From Acanthaster planci (taxonomy: Eukaryota): a stretch of 64,000 nt of DNA. Positions 50,701 to 64,000 of this stretch are shown here, in pieces (position 1 is the stretch's first letter; each line of letters begins with the position of its first letter). The notes under the pieces are model-generated. The model worked only from the letters and a program-made list of their open reading frames with translations. It was not told where the DNA came from and did no database searches. The stretch spans positions 3,621,854 through 3,685,853 of the forward strand of contig NW_019091361.1 of NCBI RefSeq assembly GCF_001949145.1, given 5' to 3'. The position numbers and the translations under genes are program-made.

Positions 50701-53700
50701 CACCGACACACCGGGACAAGCAACCTGTCCTGAATGCGTCTATGTACAGACCGTAACCCACGTACCGAGAGACGTGTGTGGAGGATTGTGTAGGCCTAAG
50801 CCTTGGTTTCAGACCAGTGTAAGCTGCGATAGACAAAAGTGATAAGTACTCCCCACTTAAAAGAAAATCAGGAAAAAATACTCACAAGTTTCTCAGGTGT
50901 TTAAGACACACACCACATTAGGGTTCATTCTCCATCTTATGTCTTCCTTTTAGTTTTAGTGGGTTATAACCAATGAGTTTTTAAGATAGTTGAAACTTCT
51001 GATCACCTCTCAAAACAGTCATGAGCTCAGTGGTCTCAATATTGATGCCTACACTCCATTGCAAACTAGGGCGATTCGGAGGGCTTCGTTTGGTCCGGTA
51101 CTTTCAGAAAAACTAGCTGGCAGTGCTGCGATTCGATTAGTTTCCATCCTTCTTGATTAAAGCCATCCTGTCCACCTGCCAAGAAATGGTCTTTAACAGG
51201 TAGCTGAGAATTTCACTGCAAGCAAATATAGTGATTCGGTCCGTGCAGGCAAGTTTGGGCCTGTTTACTGGCCCGCAACCCCAAGCCTTTATTTTGTGAA
51301 TTCGACAGCACAACGTTGACAACGACAGCGTTCGACGCTGGGGTCATCAGCTGTAGAACCTAACATCCACTTACTTAAAGTGAAGAGTTATTTTGATGAT
51401 AATTCTGAGCTGACGTGTGTGCATGTGACGAGTTGAGGTCAACATTAACCACGAGCTCCTCCTCCCTGTGCCAGCGAGACACCGGTCTGATCTCATACTG
51501 GAAGCCAGCACAGACGGCAAGTTGTGCCCCCGTAAACCTGTCTGGTGGCCGGGGGGGGGGGGAATTGAACTCCGGCCCGGTGTCACTGTCTCATTTTTTC
51601 CGGTGTGCACGACTCGGTTGCAACCCGCGTCCAGGATAGGCCTCCTCATCCAACTGCTGTGTTAACGAGCATTCTAGAAAGGGTACGGTGACTGTCCAAT
51701 TAACGCTGCACGAAAACAGTCGAAATGAAGTGCTTTACAGTTTGGGTGATAGACTCGTGACGTTGCACTGGGGATACATTTCTCAGGTGGGGGGGGACAT
51801 ATTTACCATTTGGCAGGGGGGCAAATTTACCGGGAGAGGGACAGATTCACCCAGACAATTTTGGGGAGGGGGCAGTTTTACCTTTTACACCGGAGTATAC
51901 GACGGGGAAGCTGGGTTGCTGCTCAGGACCGCTCTTCAGAACGCCAACTAGTGGCTGACATAAATCGATGACTGCAAGAAGGGTGTTTTACATGTCCTTT
52001 TTTGTTGTTAAAACTCATTATATCATTATAGTCCACTGTTAGTGTTTGATTAAGCACTGGTTACGATGGGCAAAGAGCGACATGTCTCGACTCCGATGCC
52101 ATGTCAAAAGGAAGACGATATTCTTTGCAACTTTTGACCTTCCTCTTTCAGGATGAATCAATTAATTAACCCATAATGGGACAGTGTGAACCATAGGTTA
52201 GTTTCTAAAACGGCCTTGAATTGATATTTCAGTTTTACTCCCAATTTTTCATAACATGCAACCTTAACATGCAAACGCACCTCTTTCGGGGAAGCATTGA
52301 GTTTCATTGATCGGATGGTATGCCTACTGCAGAAACATGACATTTTAAGATTACGTGAAACTGAACATTTTTGAATTCTGGTTCCTGGCTCAGTGGGCAT
52401 TATCAAATCGCAGCGGGCATCATGAAATGTTAATACACACTGACTCGTTTTTGATTCCTAGGAAAAGTGATTCTGTCCCAGGTGTTTCCGAATGTAAATA
52501 CCTGAGCAATGTCGATTGTTAAATATATTGAGATTGAGAGAAAGTGCTTTAATCGTGTACGATGTGCGAATAACGAAGTATTACACGAGACGTCCTTTTC
52601 AAACTCGACTTTGCGGTTGATGATTGCATTAGTCATGATTTTTTAAACGTGAATTATTCGGACGTTAAAAAATCGTAAAAAGAATTTTCGAAAATGCAGA
52701 AAATAAAGAGAAATAACTAAATCTATAAATAAAAAAGCCACCCTCTTGAACCAGTTTCATAATCTGAACCATTTTTGAAATAATATATTAATTGTCTTCC
52801 CATATAAAACGGTGTTGGATGTTCATTCGACATCATGAAGATGCAGTTGGTTGGCTGAACCATTGTGACACTCATTTTTTTAGCGGTCGTAGTTCGCATG
52901 AACGTCAATATCAATTGATAACGATGTAGCATAAATGAGTACTTGTCTAAAAACAAGTTCAATCGGCATCAGTTTTGTTTCCAGTGTTTCGTGATGGAAC
53001 TTGAGTTCATCACTGAGGTCAGCTACACTGGATTGACTGACCCAAAACTGCCCAGAGTAATTTTCGATTTCATTGGAAGAATTTTATCCTGTCCACAGTG
53101 ATATCTTAAAACAAGGCGGCGGCGCCGTTGATGCTGCCATAACCAGCCTACTGTGTGTCGGTGTAGTCAACCCCCAAAGCTCTGGCTTGGGAGGAGGTAT
53201 GTTCATGCTGGTCTACCACAAGGACATGGGCAAGGCCGAAGCTTTGATGGCAAGGGAAAGGGCGCCGGCTGCCGCAACGGCAAACATGACCCGGGAAACA
53301 TTTGGTGAGTGTTTGGCTGGATAATTTGTGAGTTTGTGCGCCCATCACCGCCATGCACTAACAAATGACACATTTATATCTCGATTTTTGGCTGCCATCT
53401 ATTTCGTTGCTACACAGCGCACTATTCATGTTTGTAATTTTCTGGGTTTTCGAGTAATATCGACTGACAACTACATAAGTCACAGCAAGGGATATGGTAA
53501 TTTCACTTAAACACCGCTGACACGAATAAAAAACTTGGATGGCCTGTAACCTCGGGGCGTGACAGGCCACTGCGACAAAAAATCTCAAGTCTCTCGGTCA
53601 GTCTCCAACACGCAAGGAAAGTTTGGACTAAAAAAAAAAAATGCACATGGTGATTTCGAGCCCAAAGTCTCGTCGCGTTATCCGTTTAGTATGTAGTCCT

Positions 53701-56700
53701 GTTTGTTCCACACGGATCTTGGATTCGATCAGTAATTCCAAGTCTGAGTCGCTGCATCCACCAGGCGGGGTTCTGGTAATAGTGTGTCACCTATTGCGAT
53801 CTGGATTTCGAGAAATAAACAGGCCCTGTATATCTAGGATGTGTTCGATTTAACTTGGCAACGCTAACCTGGAAATGACCGTATGTCAAACTAGCACTTG
53901 TAGCTCATAGAACAACCATAGTGTTCGTGCGATTTCAAGGTACGCACGACGATCTACATAAAGTAATGGCCAATAAAAAGTTCTGTTCGAGAGACTCCAC
54001 CCTCAAACTCCACCATGCTTCCACCGTCCACATCCCTACCGTTATACAAAGAGTTTGTACACAAAAGTTCGATGATACCTTCTCGCTCATTGGTCGATTT
54101 TAGGAAAACAGTGGCCAGGGATGTACTTTCTTCCAGCTGTAATATAATGCACTCGTGCTTCGGCATGTTTTTCAAGACGAAGTGTCACGGCACTGTAAAA
54201 TTAGAGCTGAATTATATGTGCTTGCCCTGTTACCCAGTTACCGAAAGCTCGGCAGTAACATAATTCACAGCTCTGATTGTATAATTATATTTTTGTCAAA
54301 ATTCCTATCACGGTGCTACGCAGCCCTTTCATATTTCTCTGTAAAATTAGTGCCAGGTTGAAGGTAGCCGATGGGCTACAAATTTTTGTAAGGGCAAACT
54401 TATCGTTGCAATAGAAGTTTAACTGTCTAAATTTATACCTGTTTTCTCAATTAAATTTGAATGAGTCACTGCAGTCAGTACATTTTTTCAAGGTTTGATA
54501 TAAATAATTTTTATGTAAGGCCTTCCTCATGATTTCACCCTTTGCTTTGTAGGTGCCACATCAATAGCTGTGCCTGGTGAGTTGAGTGGTATGTGGGAAG
54601 CGCACCAGCGTTACGGCCGCCTACCGTGGGGAAAACTGTTTCAGCCCGTGATTAGTCTGGCAGAGGAGGGGTTCCCGGTCACCGCTCATCTTGCCCGAGC
54701 ACTTTCCATCTTGAGCAGGAGAGTGGCCAATTGGACTCTTCCCGAGCATGCTGGGTTTTTGTAAGTATTCCGGGTTATCCTTTTCCTGCAGTGGAATTTG
54801 CCCCACTTCTTAATTTGAGAAACTAGAAATCGGGACAAGAATAGGGGAAATTAATTGGATTCTTTTTTTTTTCGAAAACTATCGACAACAAATCTGCGAT
54901 TATAAGATCTGTGAGAAAACATATCAACAACCTGTGGTACGATTTTTAAAAAAATCACAATAGTAATTTTCTGTGCTATGAACCCAATTAATGCCGCATT
55001 TTTAGGCCATCAGTAAATAGAACGAGATGAGAATATTCTTCCCTGAATTTTTAATTAAATGTCATGCACGAATCTGTACTTTACAGCACATCCTAAAGAT
55101 TCACTTTAGATATTCAGGAGTGTTTATACTTTTTAGTCACGAAAGAGAGGGAAGAATTTGCTTAACCCCTCTCATGGAGTGTGAGGTTTGTAATATGGTA
55201 TGGAAGATGACTGAAAATTTGGAAATTTAAATCTTGTATTTGTTTTGGTATCTGGTGTGTTTGAATACCATTCTGATGACTGACAACTGAGAGTGCAGTT
55301 GCCTCTCCCTGTTTTGGGTTTCAATAAGTCTTGAAGGACTCAATCTGTTGAAATAGATTTACTAGGGTTTGACTACGCCCTATCTGCCCTGAGCAGATGC
55401 ACCCCTTCATCGGTTGAAAAGACCCATGTAGGTGGAGAGTGTTCATTTTGTTGGTAGCGATGCAAATGTGATGCATGCATTTCATAGTTCCTGAACCAGT
55501 GAAGTGCAGTTCCCACTAAAGAAGTCTTCGTTGATAGCAAAACTGCGCCCTCTTCTTGGTCCCGCACGAGGCGGAAGAAATTTGTCTCTGTATAAAGGTT
55601 GGAATAGTCCAGATTTAGTGACGGTTTAAGTAAGTAAAGCTTGACAGCGGTGACTCACGTTGTCCATCATTCTTCACAGTAAACACTTTTGCTCTTACAG
55701 AACAAGGTACGCAAATGAAGACGGCACTTGGAAGGGGGTTGGTGAGACTGTGTACGCCCCCAAGTTGGCAAGGACTTTGCGCGCCATCGCAATGAATGGT
55801 GTGAGCGAGCTCATCAACGGGACGACGGCACAAAGGGTTGTTCAAGAAATACAAGATTATGGTAGTATTTGCAGAGGTGTTTTATGTATGCAAGGAGTTT
55901 GATGAACGCAAGGAACAGAGAATTTCAAAGCCTTAACTTAAGACAGAGACCCAGACGGACTTGTGAAGAGAACCCATCTCTGAACAGGTCATATTCTGTA
56001 GTTTATCCTATGGGAATGGTGGATAAGCCTTTTCGAAAGCCGTCAATTTTTGATACAATTTCCGTAAACTTTCCTACATAGACTGAGAATTTTATAGAGA
56101 GGAATTTACCAAAAAATAAGTTCAAATTGTGCATGTTTAGCAATGTTAAACTCAATTAGATGATTAACGTTGTTATACAGCATCAATTTTCTCTCACCAG
56201 GGGGACTGATCACCGCTGCCGATCTAGCGGATTACAAGGCGGAGTGGAGGGAGGTCAACGCAGCTCCAATCGGCCAAGGCCGGAGCGTCCTGACCACGCC
56301 TTCACCCTCGGGTGGACCCGTCGTTCAGTTCCTGATCAATGTATTAGGAAGTAAGATCCCTTGAAGTATTTGTGCATGCACTTGACATTGACCAAGCATA
56401 GAAATTAGTCTCTGGGATAAATTTAAACGTTATCATATGCGTCACGGCTTTGGTTCTATTTTCTCACCTATTTTTACACCAATTTTAGCCGTTGTGAGGA
56501 AGGAATAAGAAAGTTTAACCAGAACCATGCCCTTTGACTCGATTTAAAAATAGTTAACAAGTATATTAAGATAAAGCTGGAATAAAAACATGACATGAAA
56601 GCATGTTAAAATTAGAAATGCGTTCCTTCCCGTTGCTAAACGATGTCATCAGGGGCCCCACTGCAAAAACTGCAAGGTTAATTCGGGTGATTAACAGTAG

Positions 56701-59700
56701 CGTGCCTCCACGAGTTTGCAACGCGTTGGCCAATCACAATGCGCAAAATCTGTCGATCCTTTCCAAACGCGCGTCGGGTCGACAGATTGTGCGCATTGTG
56801 ATTGGCCAACGCGTTGCAAACTCTTGGAGGCGCGCTATTTTGAAGCGCCCTTGATAGTTATAAAAAGTAACGCAGTATTTGCAGCGTTGTATAGTGTATA
56901 TCCAAATAAAGTTCGTGTACTTTAGTACAGTAAAATGACTGAAAAGGACTCAAAAATAAATGAAATGCAGTGCTCTGCCTAAGGCAACATTTGCCCCGCC
57001 TATAAACTGATAGATCACCCTTCAACTAACCAAATGCGCCCCTTTTCGATGTGGGCCTAATCATAATCTTTCGTACTCCAAACTTCCCCCGTATATTTCT
57101 CTAGTTTTGGCACTTTCTTTTGGCTGTCCGTTCCTGTAGATTACAAAATTTCATCAGCTGATTTTGAGACGACTGAGCGCCAGATTAAAACCTACCATCG
57201 GTTTGTAGAGGCGTCCAAGTTCGCTTTTGCTTTGCGGAGCTACCTTGGTGATGTGGAAGCGCCCGAAGTCCAAGAGGTAACCGCTCTTTTGCAGCAAAAA
57301 TACAGTTTTTCTAGAAGACATTAACGTTTTCATTGAAATTATTCCACATCGAAAGTGAAAGTACTTGCTGATATAACAAATTCCTTAATTGATAAGAAGT
57401 CGTTTTGCACAAGCATCATTTCCCATCTGATAAGCGCGTATGATATCTAAAATATTCGGATGACCTGGTCCGAGTCAGTCCAGAAGGTTCTTTGAAGCCG
57501 ATTTAAAAAAACGAACATGCTTAGCAGTGGCGTTGCTTTTCTCAGAGGGTGAACGGGGGGAGGGTTCCCTTGCCCTTGCCCCCTTGGATACGCCAACGAT
57601 GCCGATCAATCTCCCCCTCATATATACATGTATACTCTGTTTTGCGAGATTCTGAGATTTCAAATATTTTCACTGTTCCAAAAAAAGCTCGATTCTACGT
57701 TTGCTCCTGAGAAGACGAAACATGAAGAAATGAGTTCGTCGTCCGAGCAGATGAGAACATTTTGAAATGAGTATCGTTCGATGGCAATGTCTGTGTACGA
57801 AGCAGGCAGGCCAACTGGTATTGTATTGCCAAGCAAAACCATAAAGGTGGTGTTATTCTATAAGTGTTCCTGTGGTCTGCCCGCTGAATAGATCGAACAG
57901 CAGAAAGTTTATAAAGCCTCGCAAAAGATGCACAATATAATAAACAAGGGTACATAACCGTAATTTCAGCGTGTCTTCTTTAATGCCTGGCCGTCTCACG
58001 CGGGGGCTGCATGAAGAGAGCCACTGACAGTTAAAAACTGTTTATGTGACAGACAAGAGTGGACCCAGAACCAAATTTTCGGGGGGAGAGCAAAAGATTT
58101 GGACTTTTTTAATGCTATCTGTTATGGCCTTTCTGAGGGATGAGGCTACCTTGTGGGGCTTTTGCAAGCTTTTGTAAGGGAGAAATAAACCCCCAAAATT
58201 TCTTATTTATAATTAATTAGAAAAGTTTCGAATTTAGGAGGCTTGGAATGGCTCACATTGTCCCCGTATCTGCCCTTGGTGATAGGTAGCCATTGTCTAA
58301 AATCGCAAATCTGGGTCATGCATTACTGACATTGAAACGTTTTGAATTCTTAATCAACAATTCATCTTAGTATTTGGGTTCATAGCATCCTACTTCCACT
58401 TATTCTATCTCTACCTCACTTCACCTCCACCTCACTTCACCTCATCCCATTTCAACGTCAGCTCAAATCCCACTAAAAGTGACTCAGTAGCTCCACCTTC
58501 AGCAGGCAGGGTAGGTTCAAATAAGCTGCAATTTTTACTCAAGGAAATTACAAGGTTATTCGTTACAACGTTACATTCCAACGTGAAGAAGCCATTTCAC
58601 TTCCAAACGAATGAATATTGTCCCATGTATCGACTACACAACTTCATAATGAATTTTTGTAAATCTTTTTATACACTTCATAGCACGTCATTGCGAATAT
58701 TTTTGGCTCCCTCCAACGGCAGGTTCTTGATAAGATGCGATCAGAAGAATATGCCAAAACAGTTTTTGCGAAGATACGCGAGGACGCGGTCACCTTCGCC
58801 AATGCCTCCGGGTACGACGCACTCCTCAACACGGCGTCTCACAGCGGGGGTACCTGTCACATAAGTGTCGTGGACGAGTCCGGAAATGCTGTATCTGTCA
58901 CCAGTTCGGTGAATTATTAGTAAGTGCCAAAGCAAAGATGTATGGATACACCTGCTTGTGCCACAGGTTGTCATGTAGGTAAACAATTTTAATAAGGAAC
59001 AGATCAGTTCACACATTCAAAGGTTTCTGATGTGAACGTGTCTTGAGCAACTATCTGCACTTGTTAAATGTAAGAAATCAGGCGTCTTTCTGGATACTCT
59101 CATTGAAAATTGCTCAGATGAAACCTTACATTTGTCAATGCTTGCCCTAACAAGTGAGGGCGCTGTGGCTGTGAGTTGCTGTTTAGGTCAGCAATAGCTG
59201 TAACACTGACGTTTCTGTCCAACATCACACGTTTACGCAGTGCGCAAATTTGCATTAGTTTACCCTTTCGTAAACATCACAGTCGGCCTGAACACATATA
59301 GAAACCAACACTTCACACCTGTCCTGGGGCCAACACCCATTAAACATGACACCGCTGTTTATTATGTTTGCCATCCTGACAGTGAATCAGGGAAGGTACC
59401 TCAAGGAACCCTGTTCTAAAGATTCTCTTTCGAAGTTTGCTTGTGAGCAAGTGTGCATTAAATTGAATTGCTCAGCGAATGGTTCATCTTTTTTTTCACC
59501 TTCTACAAGATTCAACTTCCCCTGCTTAAACAATTATGAAGAGATTACAGTCAAAATATGACACCCTCTGTCAACTCTGTTGACTTCTTGCAGCTTTGGC
59601 AGCATGATACTGTCGAACACGACGGGTCTTATTCTAAACAATGAAATGGCGGACTTCGACACTCCGTCCAGCCAGCCAGCCTCGTCGGCCAACCACGTGG

Positions 59701-61351
59701 CGCCCGGAAAGATACCCCTGTCGGCCATGAGTCCGGTCATCGTTGTGAAGGAGAACGGTGGCGCCGAGCTGGTGGTGGGCAGCGCCGGCAGTCGCGCCAT
59801 CATCACCACCAATGCGTTGGTGAGGTTAAGAAAAAGAAAACCCGCAGCTCTCTCTGATAACCTGCCCATGGATTTTCCCAAACATAAGCGTTTTGTTCAG
59901 TTCTGCTCGTTTTAGATGAGATGAACCGAAGTTTGAAGATGCCGACTCAAAAGCTTCTGTCCTTCAAGAAATAATTTAATGAACTGCAACTCCGTATATA
60001 ATTGTAGGTAATACCAGCCAGAAAGGAATATGAATGATAACGCAGAGTTCTCAGAATTCACCAATTTTGTGAACTCGGTGTCAGGCATAGTAGTTAAGAG
60101 ACTTTTTAAAGCAATGACTTACATTTTTTACTGGTAGCCTAGTTCTCTAAAGCTGGTAGGTCTCGTTTTGGGTCTTCATTTCAGGTGGCATTGCGATCTG
60201 CTTTCACCGACGCATCACTCAAAGACATCATCGATGACAAGAGAATTCACAATCAGCTCCAACCAAATAATGTGGCAGTGTACGAAAACGGGTTTCCAAC
60301 TGTAAGTATATGACTCATTTGAAGATTCCTTGTCAGGGTCTCATACTGTGCCGGAAAGTGATCGGCTACGACCGGCAGTGGAGTGGTTGCAGCCGGCTTT
60401 GTATGTCTTTATTACTTGTCGTAGCCACATTGCGCACTGTGGGATGTAGCGGTGGCTTTCTCCTACCTCTCAAAATGATTACATTAGTTTTATGCCCATC
60501 GTCGAGAATTCGGCCCATTAAATCTATGAGGGTATCCTCACTATTTACCTCGAGCAGAAGCACCCTTTCATCTCTTGAAAAGAGCCGTATTGGTCGGGAG
60601 TGTTCATTTTGCGACGTACAGTACATTTCATAGTCGTTCGTGAACCAGCAAAGTTCACTTCCGACCAAAGGAACCTCCATTGCTAAGAAAATTGCGCCCC
60701 CTCTTGGATCAGATCGAGGCTCATAGCACAATAACAAGGATGAAAACAAAATTAATGCACCTTGAGTTAGGTTGTCCTCTTAGGCTATAAATAAGGGACT
60801 GAAAACAGACTGATTTCCATTTTCTGTGATTCATTTCTGTTATGTTGAAAAAGTACGGGCGAGAGCGCATGCATAGTCTTACAATATACATGTACGTAAT
60901 ACTTATTGAGCTCTTTATTTCGAGCGACGACTATACAGTTGCCTAAAGTTCGAACCTGTAGTTTGGCCGTCGTCACTCGAACGATGGAATGCTGGATTAT
61001 TTAGTCGACCATTTGGAACATGGCCCTTGGGCACTCTTTGCATCGCTGGTTATCGGTATTCTTTTTTGTAATAAAGTAAAGAGGCAGCCACTGACACTCT
61101 CTGCAACTTATAATGTTTGAACAGGAGCACTGAAAACGCATTTATAAATCGGCACCTTACACCGTGATGTGGTTTAATTGTCGGTACTTATACTTTGTTG
61201 TGGACAGGATGTGGTAGACGGCTTGGTCAACATGGGTCACGTGGTGGAGAGCAGAACCCTGATTTCCGTCGCACAGGCTATTAAAAGATCGGAGGATGGA
61301 TGGACAGCGTACAGTGACCCCCGTAAAAAGGGACAAGCAGCAGGCTACTAG
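47752..61351 (+). CDS. Gamma-glutamyl transpeptidase / glutathione hydrolase 1-like proenzyme (GGT-B), 11 coding exons
   Basis: Exons: 47752-47915, 48228-48419, 53099-53304, 54553-54760, 55701-55861, 56201-56350, 57140-57276, 58723-58919, 59594-59819, 60185-60301, 61208-61351. GT-AG introns, same phases as GGT-A. Motifs: TM helix, AAVAAD..CS, GGGAVDAAI..PQSSGLGGG, ARERAP, IAVPGELSGMWEAHQRYGRLPW, GTCHISVVDESGNAVSVTSSVNYYFGS, LNNEMADF, PGKIPLSAMSP, RIHNQL.PN, SDPRKKGQAAGY*. Confidence 0.95.
56688..56847. mobile_element. Foldback MITE family 1, in intron 6 of GGT-B
   Basis: Arms GAGTTTGCAACGCGTTGGCCAATCACAATGCGCA and TGCGCATTGTGATTGGCCAACGCGTTGCAAACTC are perfectly inverted; same loop as the other copies. 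Confidence 0.8.
60366..60680 (-). CDS. Candidate 104-aa ORF with a ubiquitin-like segment, antisense within GGT-B intron 10
   Basis: IRLFSRDERVLLLEVNSEDTLIDLMGRILDDG..IILRGRR resembles ubiquitin [37 protein letters not shown]; ATG in GCAATGG context right after a TTTTCTTAG acceptor-like site. Confidence 0.3.
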   Translation of the reverse strand: MEVPLVGSELCWFTNDYEMYCTSQNEHSRPIRLFSRDERVLLLEVNSEDTLIDLMGRILDDGHKTNVIILRGRRKPPLHPTVRNVATTSNKDIQSRLQPLHCRS

Positions 61352-63291
61352 AGCATCAGTGCATGGCGTCGATGCGAAAGCCGTTTGTAGTTATAGTCCG
61401 GTTAGAGTATCACCGGACATTGCGATGGAGAAAGAAGTGCACTGGCAAGACAAAAAAAGAAGGAATTTAAAGAATACGCCCTAGGATGGGAGGCTGTTCA
61501 CTGATTGGCCAAGCTCGTCGATAAACCTCGGGCGGCCATCTTACTTCATCCTAGACTTGGTAGCAAGTCGGTATTGAGTCGGGTTTGTTATCAACATGCA
61601 ATCCACACGGTACACGTGTACATGTATTTGCGCGGAGACGCTGGCCAAATCGTCCAAGATCAATCTGAAATTGTCCTTGTGTGTTGCTTATCTCATGGTT
61701 ATATTAGACCCACACCGATGGATTTCGACTGAAGCTCACGGACAAAAGCGGCCGTCTTACGACTTGTCATTAAGTCTAACTGCAACCAGAACGCCAAATC
61801 TCGATACATCCTTTGAGCACTTTATTGCTACGTGGTGCATAGAGAATCTGGCCTCGGTGATTTTAAGACGAAATCGGTCTTCAACTCCTTCGATGTACTC
61901 CAGATTGCGTGGTATTGGTAGCTTGTTGGATGAAGCACGATGGCGGCCGGTGGCTGTAACTTGCCAAAGGCTGTCCTCCCATTCGGTGTACAGAGATCAA
62001 TGATGGGCGGCGGTTCGTCGACTTTTCCTCATTTATATCCGTTGCCAACAATTTGTCGATTGTCCTATGATGATTTTTAAAATAATGATTTGAAAGTCTG
62101 TCTAATGTTAGGCTCTCATATCGCCTGTATTTTTATGAGTATTCTGTTCTGAATCCAATTAATTTTAACCATTTCATACTGTGAAGTAGTTACTGTATAG
62201 TTTAATGTGTATTATTAAAAATTACGCTGTTTACAATTAAAAAACCACAACAACTTAGGCCCTATATTATTTGACCGCTATGAATCTAATAAAATAGAAG
62301 GTAATCACAAGTCAAACTTAGCCATAAATCTGCTGGACTGACCTTACTCTGTTATCTTCAGCAGTCTATCTCCAGGTTGCAAGATGTTTACGGAATGGAA
62401 TCCTTTGTTACTGGATAGCCTTCAAATCGCGGTCTTGAGCTGTGATTTATGCCAGTTTGTGTGTCACAGAAAAGTGCTATGAAGAGAGTGGTAACTGGTG
62501 TTGACAAGTAAACTTTTTATTTCGTTTTCAACAAGTTCAATCCGAATGTGCATGTGGACAGTTCTCTCTTCAATTTTGTTGCAGCGTCTGAACCTTAAAT
62601 ATTTTCTTTTATAACTCGTTATTAGTTAAATACTATACACGGTTGCATGGACGCGTTACGTCTTTAAGTGATTCGTTGAACTATGGGATACGTCCAAACT
62701 CGTGAATTACCTAAAGCAGTTTTATTCGATTAGTGTTCTTCTTCTTTAAATGTAGCTGTATCTTTTATTAACTCTCAATAACTACATTAATCTGTTCATT
62801 TCGTAATCGATTTAATGTACGCATTTTTCTTTAAAAGAGTGATTTTGCCAGTTTTAGGAGCACAGTTTAAGTTCAAGTTTATAAGAAGTCACCGTCACCA
62901 CAAGTTGTGCAAAAGTGACAATATGTATTGAAAGCATTTTACAAAGACTGCAGAACGTTGTCAGAATCGTGGAGCACTTAAGGAAATAAGAAAATAAAGG
63001 CGATTTATACAAGAATAAGTTGTATATATTTGAGAACATTGACAATAATATCTGAAAGTCTGCGGAAATGCGTTTGGAAAACTTCGGAAAGTTTTGAAAA
63101 TGTTAGAAACAGGATTTGTTTTGGTGACGTCATCGAAGGTCTACTGGACATTCAGATCCTCTCAGATAGACTAAACCTTTAAGTCTGGAGACCATGCTTT
63201 TGAGGGGAGAATAGTATGTAGGCCCTTAAGTGACATAACGAATTTTGAATATGTTTTGCGATGTTGCAAATTTATTCTCGACTAGTGGTGA

Positions 63292-63478
63292 TATACCCAG
63301 CAAGAAATGAGACCGCGGGGTACCCCCCCCAACATGTCCAACCCCTATACACATTCCAGACTATTGTTACTTAACACATCACCCAAGATGTGTGAAAGGA
63401 ATTCCCCAGATTCCTGCGAGATAATGACCAACATAAAGCAGGGGGGGTTCTCTCCGTCTCATACCTTGCTGCATATGA
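63292..63478 (+). mobile_element. MITE family 2, copy 4
   Basis: CAGCAAGAAATGAGACCG...CCGTCTCATACCTTGCTG imperfect TIRs; matches the other three copies. Confidence 0.78.
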
Positions 63479-64000
63479 GTGGTGAATATTTTTGTGGCGT
63501 CGCTAGTTCATTCACTACGGTCGTGGGCATTTTCAGGACGTCGTGAATTTATTTGCAACCGGTTGTTAGTATTTTTGACGTGAATTTTTTCACAACGCAG
63601 TCGTGAATATTTTTGAGACATCGTGAATATTAAGTCAAAACTATAAATTTTTTCATTGATTTTTTTCAGTAGCTGGAGGGTATTCAAACAAACAGGTGAT
63701 TGAGGGCATTTTGCATAACGATTGGATTCCTGATTCGTTGTGTAGCATGCTCTGTTGTCATAGTATATCGGCTATTCCAGGATGCACACTGATCCATTCA
63801 AGTTTTTAAGAAAAATATTTACGTGAAATTCACAACCTGCGACCAGTCGCGAATTTTTCGCGATGCCGGAAATATTTTCGCAAGGTCGCTAAAATATTTG
63901 TGAACTAACTTAAAGTGTCGCATTGTGTATTTTTGACCAGTTATGTCGCTTTAGGGCCACCACATAACGACTATTTAAAATGCATGTAAATGGTTTCGAA

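Noticed and set aside
58918..58920. Apparent premature stops after VNY in GGT-B (and after VGR at 26110 in GGT-A)
   Set aside because: Both are TA|GTAAGT phase-2 splice donors; the codon is completed as TAC (Tyr) by the next exon.

Overview
Animal genomic DNA (spliceosomal GT-AG introns, many MITEs/SINEs, abundant TACATGTA runs, two assembly gaps); the style suggests a marine invertebrate, but the taxon cannot be established from the sequence. (1) Two intact 11-exon gamma-glutamyl transpeptidase (GGT, Ntn-hydrolase) paralogs lie head-to-head: GGT-A on the minus strand (36218-24302) and GGT-B on the plus strand (47752-61351), with identical intron phases. GGT-A keeps the catalytic Thr but has lost most canonical gamma-glutamyl-binding residues and has a 32-aa insert with an RVRR furin-type site just before the autocleavage Thr. 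(2) A ~7.9 kb Chapaev-type (N-RAG-TP-like) DNA transposon (37980-45892) fills most of the space between the two genes. Its decayed, intron-containing transposase has RAG1-like N-terminal Zn motifs, a RING finger and a RAG1/Transib-related DDE core, and its multipartite inverted ends differ in spacing by 12 bp. (3) An old Gypsy LTR element apparently lacking RT/RNase H (~1665-6556). (4) SINEs, MITE families, weak decayed LRR/SRCR/MULE-like remnants, and a candidate ubiquitin-like ORF antisense inside a GGT-B intron. All translations and alignments were done by eye; no database searches were run.
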